A stretch of DNA of 22,445 nt from an uncultured Myxococcales bacterium (lineage in GTDB: Bacteria; Myxococcota_A; UBA9042). This document shows, one piece after another, positions 15,094-22,217 of this stretch. Made by a program: the position numbers and the translations under genes. The stretch lies in NCBI GenBank assembly GCA_937910235.1, contig CALENB010000151.1, forward strand, positions 1-22,445, read 5' to 3'. Below the pieces are notes generated by a model. That model did no database searches, was not told the origin of the DNA, and worked only from the letters and a program-made list of their open reading frames with translations. The first letter of the stretch is position 1. Every line of letters begins with the position of its first letter.

Positions 15094-18000
15094 TCACATC
15101 GCTTTTCCCTCGAGATCTCGGCGTTGCAGCGTCGCGTGCGGGTAAGTACCGCCGCTGGTCACATGGCCGAGCACCGCGATGTCACCGCCGATCGGCGCGA
15201 CCGCGACGGCGCCCAAGCCTGCGCTCCCCACCGGCAGCGTGACGGAATCGGTCGCGACGCCAACCACGCCGCCGCTGTCCGAGATCCGCACGCTGACGTT
15301 GTTGGCGTCCGCGCCGCGGCCCACGACAGCCACGCCGCCATCCGGGAGCGTCGCGATCGCTGCGACCGACGTCACGCCTGGCACCGCCACCGTCTTGGCG
15401 TAGAGCAACGTTGCCTGTCCGGCGTTGCAGGTCGCCCCGCTGCAGGCCCCGTCGAGGTGGCACGCGTCGCCCGGTTTGCACAGCAGCCCCGGCGGCGCGG
15501 CGTGAAAGCAGCCGGTTGCGGCCGAACAGAGGTCGAGGTTGCAGCTCTTGCCATCTGAGCAGTCGTAGTACGCCTTGTCGCCGCACGCGCCGGAAGAAGC
15601 GCAGCTGTCACGTCCCCAGGGGTCGGCGCGCACGTACCAAGACTCCTCCTTGCCGCCGCCAACCGCCTCGCTGTAGCCCGCGAAAAACAACCTGCCGTTC
15701 GCCAGCACACCGACGGCCGTGGCCACGTCTCGCCGGCCCGGCTCCATCGGCGGATTGCGGACCCACTCCAAGTTGCCTTGCACGTCGAGCACGCCGAGGT
15801 ACGCGCGATTCGCGTACGACGGATCGTGAAAGCTCCCCGCGAAGACGACGGCGTCGTCGCCTCGGGTGACGAGCGAGTTGAGCTCACTGCCAACGGGGCT
15901 GGTGATCTGGCGCGCGAGCACCCCGGAGGCGTTGGTCATGACCGCCCACGCGTACGGGTAGCCATTCACGCGGTTCGCGCCGGCCGCGGCGAACGTGCCG
16001 GAACTGGTGACCGCCACATCGTTCAACCGCCCGTCGTTCGCCGTGACGAAGCGTCGCTGCCACAGCAGCTTTCCAGCCTTGTCGTGACGAAACAGCCACC
16101 CGTTCCGCTGTCCGGTTGTCCCCGTCCAGCCGCAGCCGACCGTGCCGCCATCGGTCCCCACACGCTTCAAGGACAGGGGCATCGCCGACTCCGTCGTCGG
16201 GATCAGGTAACGCCACATCGGGTTACCAATGAGCGTCGTGCGTCCGATGAAGGGCTTCGCGCCGCCGGTCTTTGTCACCTCGGCGCCAACCCACGTCGCG
16301 CCACCGTCGGCCTGGCCAGCCACGCCGCCCGCCCGCGCGTCCTTGGTCAGATCCCCAATCACCTTGGACCAGTTCGTGCCGAGGCCGACGTCGACGTGAT
16401 AGAGGAACAGGGCCCGCTTGTCGTCCTTGTACGCGGTGTCGCCGACGAGCGAGACCACCGTGCCGCCGTTTGAAGACAGCGCGGTGACCTCAAACGTCGT
16501 GTCTGGATACGGCGGCGGGGCGAGGTTGCCGCTGGAGATCTGACCGTTCGCGTCGGTCACGAGCAGCCAGCCGTAGCGCGTGCTGGTCTGGTCTCCCTTG
16601 ACCCCTGTCCACGCGATGCCTGCCATCACCGCCGAGCCGTCCGCCAGCGTGACCAGGTCGGTGATCCGGCTGCGGAGCCCAGGAACCGGCTTCTTCGTGT
16701 ACGTGCCGGCCTGCAGGCGCCGGTGAAAGAACGCCGCGTGGCCCGCGCCGCTGCACGTGCCTTGTGTGCACTCGGACGCCAGCGAGCACGCGTCGTCGTC
16801 GTCACACGCCGCGCCGTCACTCGCAGGCAGCACGACACACGTGAACGAGGTCGGACCCTGCGAGAGGCAGCTCGCCACCTGGCACGCCTTCACCGCCTGG
16901 GTGCAGATGACGCTGTTACCCGTCGCGCAGACGCCGTCTTTGGTGCACGTGTCATTCACCGTGCAGCCGGAGTTGTCGCCGTTGCAGACCTTGCCCTTCA
17001 TCGCGTCGGCGTCCCCGTCGCACTTGCCCGTCTTCGTGTCACAGCTGTCCACCGTACACGCGTTGCCGTCGTCGCAGCTCTTCGCCACGTGCATGCAGCC
17101 AGCCGGCGTCTTGCAGCTGTCCACTGTGCACTCGTCGCCGTCGTCGCAGTCGGTCGGTTGGTTGCCCTTGCAGCCGCCGAGCCCGTCGCACGTGGTCCCC
17201 GCTGTGCAGACGTCGCCGTCCTCGCACGGACTGCCGCCCTTGTTCGGTTGCAGTCCGCACACGCCGGACTTGCCGTCACAGCTGTTGGTCAAACACGCCG
17301 TGTTACCGAGCGGGCTGCAGAACACCTTGCTCGCCGGGTTAAAAACACATTTCGGGACTTTGAGGGACTTGTCGCAGTAGAAGATGCCGTTGCAGAGGTC
17401 ACCGTCGTCCTCCTTCTCGCAGTCCGCGTTCTGGGTGCACTCGCAGATGGCCGCCGCGCTCTTGCAGGCCTTGCCCTCGCACACATCACCCGTCGTGCAC
17501 GCGTTGCCGTCGTCGCACTTGAAGGGACCCTCATCGCCCTTCTGGCCCACAATCTTCGGCTGCCAGGCGCAGTCCTGCCCTTTGTCGCCGGTACAACTCA
17601 GCACCGCGTCGGCCCGCGCGACCTGGGTGCACGTGCCTTCTTTGGGCAAACACACCGTCTTCGCGCAGCCCGTGTCGTCCACCGTCGGGCAGACCACCAC
17701 CGACGCTGGATTGGGCGCGCACTGGCCTGTGGCTTTGTCGCAGAACGCGATGCCGTTGCACTTGTTGCCGTCGTCCTTGTCGGCGCAGTCGCTGTCTTTG
17801 GTGCACGCACACAGGTAGGTGCCCGCTTGGCACAGACCGCCAAGGCAATGATCGCCGCTGGTGCAGGCGTCGCCGTCATCGCACGCCGTCGTCGGCGGGG
17901 CCGCGGCGGGCTGGCAGAGCCCGGTCGCCGGGGTGCAGGCGCTCGTCGTGCAGGCATCCGCGCCGCCTTTGGGGCAAGTGACCACTGTCGCCGGGTTGAC

Positions 18001-18312
18001 CTTGCACACCGGCGGCTTCGCCGCGACGTCGCAGTACAGCGTGCCGTTGCAGGCGTCGCCGTCCTCTTTCTTAAGACAATCCGCGCTCGTCGCGCACGTG
18101 CACACGTTGTCGCCGCCGGGCGCGCAGACCCCGGATTTGCAGGCGTCGCCTACCGTGCAGCCATCGTCGTCGCTGCACGCGCTGCCGTCCTTGCTGGCGA
18201 CCTTCGCGCACGTGCCGGTCTTGGGCTGGCAGACCGAGTCTTGACACGCCGCGCCGCTGTCGCCGCAGACCACGATCGTCACCGGGTTGATCTTGCACCG
18301 GAACGGAAACAC
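15094..18312 (-). CDS. central segment of the Cys-rich repeat protein (about ten Myxococcales-type Cys-rich repeats plus a beta-rich module and a DPWGRDSC Cys-knot)
   Basis: The open frame actually continues upstream to 18465 without a start codon; 18312 is only the first in-frame GTG. Repeats of the form C-x-D-D-G-[DN]-x-C-T-x-G-D-x-C and CExDxDCxKEDDGDxCNGxxYCD with NPA[ST]VVxC spacers, similar to TIGR02232-type myxobacterial Cys-rich repeats. Confidence 0.6.
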   Translation of the reverse strand: MFPFRCKINPVTIVVCGDSGAACQDSVCQPKTGTCAKVASKDGSACSDDDGCTVGDACKSGVCAPGGDNVCTCATSADCLKKEDGDACNGTLYCDVAAKPPVCKVNPATVVTCPKGGADACTTSACTPATGLCQPAAAPPTTACDDGDACTSGDHCLGGLCQAGTYLCACTKDSDCADKDDGNKCNGIAFCDKATGQCAPNPASVVVCPTVDDTGCAKTVCLPKEGTCTQVARADAVLSCTGDKGQDCAWQPKIVGQKGDEGPFKCDDGNACTTGDVCEGKACKSAAAICECTQNADCEKEDDGDLCNGIFYCDKSLKVPKCVFNPASKVFCSPLGNTACLTNSCDGKSGVCGLQPNKGGSPCEDGDVCTAGTTCDGLGGCKGNQPTDCDDGDECTVDSCKTPAGCMHVAKSCDDGNACTVDSCDTKTGKCDGDADAMKGKVCNGDNSGCTVNDTCTKDGVCATGNSVICTQAVKACQVASCLSQGPTSFTCVVLPASDGAACDDDDACSLASECTQGTCSGAGHAAFFHRRLQAGTYTKKPVPGLRSRITDLVTLADGSAVMAGIAWTGVKGDQTSTRYGWLLVTDANGQISSGNLAPPPYPDTTFEVTALSSNGGTVVSLVGDTAYKDDKRALFLYHVDVGLGTNWSKVIGDLTKDARAGGVAGQADGGATWVGAEVTKTGGAKPFIGRTTLIGNPMWRYLIPTTESAMPLSLKRVGTDGGTVGCGWTGTTGQRNGWLFRHDKAGKLLWQRRFVTANDGRLNDVAVTSSGTFAAAGANRVNGYPYAWAVMTNASGVLARQITSPVGSELNSLVTRGDDAVVFAGSFHDPSYANRAYLGVLDVQGNLEWVRNPPMEPGRRDVATAVGVLANGRLFFAGYSEAVGGGKEESWYVRADPWGRDSCASSGACGDKAYYDCSDGKSCNLDLCSAATGCFHAAPPGLLCKPGDACHLDGACSGATCNAGQATLLYAKTVAVPGVTSVAAIATLPDGGVAVVGRGADANNVSVRISDSGGVVGVATDSVTLPVGSAGLGAVAVAPIGGDIAVLGHVTSGGTYPHATLQRRDLEGKAM

Positions 18313-18465
18313 CGATTTCTCGCAGTAGAGCGTGCCGTTGCACAGGTCGCCATCCTCCTGTCCGGCGCAGCTCAGCGTCTCGCTGCATTCGCAGAAGTTG
18401 GCGCTGCCCGTGGTGCATTTGCCCTTGAGGCAGTGGTCGCCGGTCGTACAGGGGTCGCCATCTTC

Positions 18466-18882
18466 TCACGCCGCGTGGCTGTTCTGCGGCTTGGCGACGC
18501 AAGCGCCCGTCTTGGGGTTGCACTGAGTAATGGAACAGATCCCATCGCTCGTGGTGTCGCAGGTCACCGCGCTGCCAGCCTTCAGACCGCATCGCCCCTT
18601 GGTGCAGGCCGGCACGCCATTGCACACGTCTCCGTCGTCGGCGCAGTCCGAATCGGTGACACATTCATTGGCCGTGTCCGGCGACGCCGTGTCTGCGCCC
18701 GCAGCGCTGTCCACAACGGTCGCGCTATCGAGGACCACGGTGGCGTCTACTTCGCCAACATCCGCGGCGGCGCCGTCGGTCGTCGTGCCGGAGACGGGAT
18801 CTGCCTCGGTGCATCCAGGCGACACGGCCAGGGCGAGGACCGCCAAGCTCAACACCAACAGCGCCAACGTGCGTCTCAACAT
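18466..18882 (-). CDS. N-terminal segment of the Cys-rich repeat protein (signal peptide plus first Cys-rich repeat), ending at an in-frame TGA
   Basis: ATG at 18882 with GGAGG at -9. Signal peptide. CVTDSDCADDGDVCNGVPAC...CNPKTGAC repeat. The track start at 18993 adds a non-signal-like extension. Confidence 0.55.
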   Translation of the reverse strand: MLRRTLALLVLSLAVLALAVSPGCTEADPVSGTTTDGAAADVGEVDATVVLDSATVVDSAAGADTASPDTANECVTDSDCADDGDVCNGVPACTKGRCGLKAGSAVTCDTTSDGICSITQCNPKTGACVAKPQNSHAA

Positions 18883-19115
18883 AGCGGTCATCCTCCAGCC
18901 TCCGGACCCGCGGAACGACAGCGAAACGCCTGACCAGACGACGCCTGTCGAACACGATAACGCTACTGTACACGATGGATGTTGGACCGCCACGGTGCGG
19001 GTTTACCGCGGCGTCGTGGGCGGCCGACTCGCGCGCCACCCCGGCGGCCGCCGCTCGCTCACAGGCCGGACCTACGGCACCGCAGCGGGCTTGTACGGCG
19101 ATGGCCGCGCGACGC

Positions 19116-19256
19116 CTAGTACTTCGTCCACACCGCGAGCTCGTTGCCGGCCGGGTCGCGGAACGTCCAGCCAAATGCGTCGCCATAGAACGACTTTAGG
19201 GTGTCGGTCCTGGCGCCGCTGAGTTCGATGTAGTCAACGCGGGCGATGGCGGTCAT
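19116..19256 (-). pseudogene. 46-aa remnant of a VOC/glyoxalase-family gene with the central ~70-80 codons deleted in frame
   Basis: ATG at 19256 with GGAG upstream (ggagactgcATG). Product MTAIARVDYIELSGARTDTLKSFYGDAFGWTFRDPAGNELAVWTKY joins the typical VOC N-terminal motif (VDYIEL...FY...FGW.F) directly to the typical C-terminal motif (F.DP.GN.L.VW), then stops. Too short for the ORF track. Confidence 0.4.
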
Positions 19257-19322
19257 GCAGTCTCCGTGGGGGGCGTGGCGGTCGCCCTCATCTGCTCAAA
19301 GGCTGATTTGCGGTGCTCGAAG

Positions 19323-21113
19323 CTAGAGGTTCTCGTCGCAGACCTTCTGAGTCTTGATGTCGAAGACCGAGGTCAACGCCTCCAGGAACTTGTTCGGATC
19401 GGCCGCGTCGATGCCCAGCAGCTTGCCGTTGCCGGATAACGCGAGGCTCATCGAGTTCTTGATGCTCGCTGCGCCGCTGATGTCGACGATGTGCACACGC
19501 ACGCCAAAAGGCTTGCCATCCGGCGAGCGCAGGACGTTGTGTGTCGGGTTGGTCGCGCACGCCGTCAGCGTAGACATGGGGTCCGCCACGCACTCCCCAG
19601 CGCAGAACGTCGCCTCGCCTGAGGCCGATCCCGGCAGGCAAGGCGCCATGCCTTTGGTGCAGTAGTAGCCGGTGACCGTGGTCTTCGGCAGGCACTTGCC
19701 GCTCTTGCAGGCGGTTGGGTTCTGCGTCGTGCCGCCCACGCAGTCGGCGTCAGATTGGCAGCATAAGCCATACGCCATCCGCTTGGCCTGCACCCAGGGT
19801 CCGAAGAAGTTCGAGGCGTTGTTGCTCTCGCCACCATCGGTAAACAACACCACGACCGTCTCGCGGCAGGTGCGGGCGACGTCCTTGCACTTGCCCGACT
19901 TGCAGCTGTAGTTGGCGTTGTCGCAGTCCCCATCTGTCTTGCAGAGCTTGCCGTCGATGACGACGCGGTTCTTGAGGTACTCCGCGACGTAGAACAGCGT
20001 CTTGCCGATGGGGGTGCCGCCAGTGGGCCGCAGCTCTGGGTCGGTGTGCACCCAGCACTGGCCTGAACAGCAGGTGCCCGCGCAGCCCGCCACCGGCTTG
20101 CAGACCGTCGAGCTGTTGGTGCAGGTGCCTTGGGCGCTCATCACCTCGGTGCCGTCCATCCACTTGGCGATCTTCTCCTTGGTCTTGAAGGCGCCGTCGG
20201 GTGGGAAACGCACACACATCGTCTCGTTGTAGGTCTGCCAATACCAGTTGGAGAGCGCCGTATCATCGACGAATTGCGCGTTGGAGGGGCCGGGGCTCAG
20301 CTCGCCGCTGAGCGCGCTCTGGCCTTGATAGAAGCCGTTTGCGCAGGTGCTGGTGGTCTTCTGGTAGAGCTTCTGTGGAAAACGAAACAGCGCCATCCGG
20401 GTCGCGTTGGCGTCGATCTTCTTGAGCGCCGCGGTGAAGACCTGCTTGGAGACGTCCATGCGACTGCAGCCCTTGGTCGGGTCACAGGTCGGCCAGGTTT
20501 GTCCGGTCGCCGTGCAGCCGGCGACCGCCGCGGTCATGGAGCCGGAGGTGTCAAAGGCGATGACGAGGTTGTTGCTCACCGGCACACACGCGCCGCCGCT
20601 GCAGGTGGTACCCGGAAAGCAGTTGCTCTCGATCCAGCCGTCTTCCAGCGCGCCGCAGGTGGCGAGCTTGGCGCCCGCGCATTGCTTCTCGCCTGCGTTA
20701 CAGACCTTCACCGGCGTCGTGTCCGCCGGACCGCCGTCGTTGGCGTCGACGCTGGTCGCATCGTTGGTGGCATCGCTGGTCGCGTCGCCGGTCGCGTCCC
20801 CTGCCGTGTCGCCGCCCACGCCGCCACCGTCCGCCGTCGGGCCCGCGTCGGTCGCGGCGTCCGCGCTTGTCGCGTCTGCCGCGTTGGCGTCGCTCGCGGT
20901 TGTGTCACCCGTCGGCGCGTCAACACCGCCCGAGTCGGCGACGTCGTTCAAGGTGCCGCCGGTGTCTTGCGCCGCGCCAGCGTCAGCGGCCGGGCCGGTC
21001 TCGTCAGCCGAGCAACCGAGCGCTCCCGCGGCCAACAGGACTGTCACGGTGATGCATCGGATGTGCAGGGCGTGCGCGCGGATGGCGAGCGTAGGCAAAT
21101 GAGGCGATCGCAT
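19323..21113 (-). CDS. von Willebrand factor A (VWA) domain lipoprotein with D/T/A/G-rich linker and Cys-rich N-terminal region
   Basis: ATG at 21113 gives MRSPHLPTLAIRAHALHIRCITVTVLLAAGALGC with lipobox L-G-C. The track ORF starts 28 codons further upstream at 21197. MIDAS motif in LVIAFDTSGSM and VVVLFTDGGES. Long low-complexity DATSADAATDAGPTADGGGVGGDTAGDATGDATSDATNDATSVDAND linker. Many Cys pairs. Confidence 0.85.
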   Translation of the reverse strand: MRSPHLPTLAIRAHALHIRCITVTVLLAAGALGCSADETGPAADAGAAQDTGGTLNDVADSGGVDAPTGDTTASDANAADATSADAATDAGPTADGGGVGGDTAGDATGDATSDATNDATSVDANDGGPADTTPVKVCNAGEKQCAGAKLATCGALEDGWIESNCFPGTTCSGGACVPVSNNLVIAFDTSGSMTAAVAGCTATGQTWPTCDPTKGCSRMDVSKQVFTAALKKIDANATRMALFRFPQKLYQKTTSTCANGFYQGQSALSGELSPGPSNAQFVDDTALSNWYWQTYNETMCVRFPPDGAFKTKEKIAKWMDGTEVMSAQGTCTNSSTVCKPVAGCAGTCCSGQCWVHTDPELRPTGGTPIGKTLFYVAEYLKNRVVIDGKLCKTDGDCDNANYSCKSGKCKDVARTCRETVVVLFTDGGESNNASNFFGPWVQAKRMAYGLCCQSDADCVGGTTQNPTACKSGKCLPKTTVTGYYCTKGMAPCLPGSASGEATFCAGECVADPMSTLTACATNPTHNVLRSPDGKPFGVRVHIVDISGAASIKNSMSLALSGNGKLLGIDAADPNKFLEALTSVFDIKTQKVCDENL

Positions 21114-21297
21114 GGGCTGTGTCCTCGTCGTGAGCCCCAGGTCCTGGAGCTGCTGCTGTGCCGCGAATGTGCCGTATTCCTGGGCCCTCCTGGGCATCGG
21201 AACGGCGACCGATCGGTAGCGTAGACGTTTCGTAGCGTCGCGTCACAAGTCATCGCACCACAAGCGCACGCCGCGCCGTGATCACCTAGCGGTCAGC

Positions 21298-21864
21298 CTA
21301 GAACGCCCAGCCGATGGAAGAGCGCGCGACGATTGGCTCTGGGTCCCGCACCACCTCGCCAACACGCACGATGAAGCCCGCCTGTAGGCGGAACAAGAAG
21401 CCGTTCGCCGCGATGACACGCCAACCGACCAACACGTCGCCGGCCCAACCGACGCTTGATCCAAACATCTCGGGATTATTCCACTGCCCCAATGGCACAT
21501 CGGCATTCAACATCAAGTGGCCGCCGATCGTCACGGCATGGCGTGGCTGCTCGCCGTGGCCAAAGAGATGCACCTCAGCGCCCATCCCGACGAGGGATTC
21601 GTCCTCGAAGCCAAAGAATGACGTCTGCGCGACGAAATCGATGACAAAGCGCGGTGTCACAAACGCGCCGACTGTGACGTGGCCGCCGGGCAACAGCGAG
21701 AGGCCGGCCGAAAAAAACACAGAACGCATCGGATGTGCTGGCTGCGCCAGGACCGACGGCGTCGGCCGCGCCACAGGTGGATGCGCCGAGGTTTGGCGTG
21801 CCGGAACCACGACGGCAACGGCCGCCATCAACGCGAGCATCACGCCTGTGCGTGCACAAATCAT
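21298..21864 (-). CDS. small outer-membrane beta-barrel protein (OmpA-N/OmpW-like 8-strand class), C-terminal Phe
   Basis: ATG at 21864 with AAGGAG 5 nt upstream. Signal peptide MICARTGVMLALMAAVAVVVPA. Alternating hydrophobic beta-strand pattern. Ends ...SSIGWAF. The track ORF 21298..22026 adds an Arg-rich N-terminal extension that is not credible. Confidence 0.75.
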   Translation of the reverse strand: MICARTGVMLALMAAVAVVVPARQTSAHPPVARPTPSVLAQPAHPMRSVFFSAGLSLLPGGHVTVGAFVTPRFVIDFVAQTSFFGFEDESLVGMGAEVHLFGHGEQPRHAVTIGGHLMLNADVPLGQWNNPEMFGSSVGWAGDVLVGWRVIAANGFLFRLQAGFIVRVGEVVRDPEPIVARSSIGWAF

Positions 21865-21890
21865 GTCGCTCCTTGGTTCACTGCACCACA

Positions 21891-22217
21891 TCACGATCCG
21901 ACCATGAACACCCCGCAGCTCCACACCGGGCAGCTCCACACCGGCATCGTCACGTCGCCGGTGTCGCCGCTCACCTTCAGCTGCGCGCCGAGGCCGACGT
22001 GTTGCTTGGCCGCGCCGTCGGGCCAAGCCACCGATGTCAGGTCGAGCTCCAGGGTTGCCGGTTTGTCGCTCCGGTGTACCACAACGACGCCCCGTTGCCC
22101 CAGCGCTTCGGTCCGAAAAAAGGGCAGCGCGCTCTCTGTGGCGCCGAGGGAGGTGTCGCTGCCGGTCCGCAACGGCGGCAGCTTGGCGCGGGTCTGGCCG
22201 AGCGCGCGGCTGATCAC
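21891..22217 (-). CDS. hypothetical small protein (108 aa from GTG; frame open upstream to 22295)
   Basis: Third-codon-position GC of this frame is about 85%, arguing that it is genuinely coding in this genome. No recognisable motifs. Its 3' end carries the 15-bp tandem duplication and overlaps the RBS region of the downstream OMP gene. Confidence 0.35.
   Translation of the reverse strand: MISRALGQTRAKLPPLRTGSDTSLGATESALPFFRTEALGQRGVVVVHRSDKPATLELDLTSVAWPDGAAKQHVGLGAQLKVSGDTGDVTMPVWSCPVWSCGVFMVGS
21915..21944. repeat. perfect 15-bp tandem duplication (gcagctccacaccgg x2)
   Basis: Read directly at 21915-21929 and 21930-21944. Lies in the OMP upstream region and within the small ORF 21891..22217, where it encodes PVWSC-PVWSC. 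Confidence 0.9.

Larger units (their letters stand above)
14179..18882 (-). pseudogene. giant secreted cysteine-rich-repeat protein gene (about 1568 codons) interrupted by two in-frame TGA codons (18466-18468 and 15094-15096). Either a pseudogene, an assembly error, or a recoded gene
   Basis: The three track ORFs 18466..18993, 15094..18312 and 14179..15021 are all in the same minus-strand frame. Translation through each TGA continues the same repeat architecture (...KPQNSHAA*EDGDPCTTGDHCLKGKC...; ...LEGKAM*SWDADPKQKTWGHDAIG...). The real start is the ATG at 18882 (MLRRTLALLVLSLAVLALAVSP signal peptide, GGAGG 9 nt upstream). The two 'starts' at 18312 and 15021 are merely the first in-frame GTG after each stop. 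Confidence 0.55.

Noticed and set aside
18466-18468. Selenocysteine (UGA-Sec) as the explanation for the TGA at a conserved Cys position
   Set aside because: Attractive because Sec replaces Cys. But I could not find a convincing SECIS-like hairpin 10-40 nt downstream. A second, non-Cys-aligned TGA exists in the same gene. An extracellular structural repeat protein is an unlikely selenoprotein. Kept only as a low-probability alternative.
16723-18933. 736-aa + strand ORF (plus 14195..15145, 16757..17380 and others) opposite the Cys-rich repeat gene
   Set aside because: Ala/Arg/Val-rich antisense reads. The minus frame encodes a regular Cys-spacing repeat protein with a signal peptide and SD.
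21298-22026. Full-length 242-aa track ORF for the small OMP, and the + strand 197-aa ORF 21314..21907
   Set aside because: The N-terminal 54 residues are Arg-rich and precede an internal ATG that has a perfect AAGGAG SD and a signal peptide, so the gene starts at 21864. The + strand ORF is antisense.
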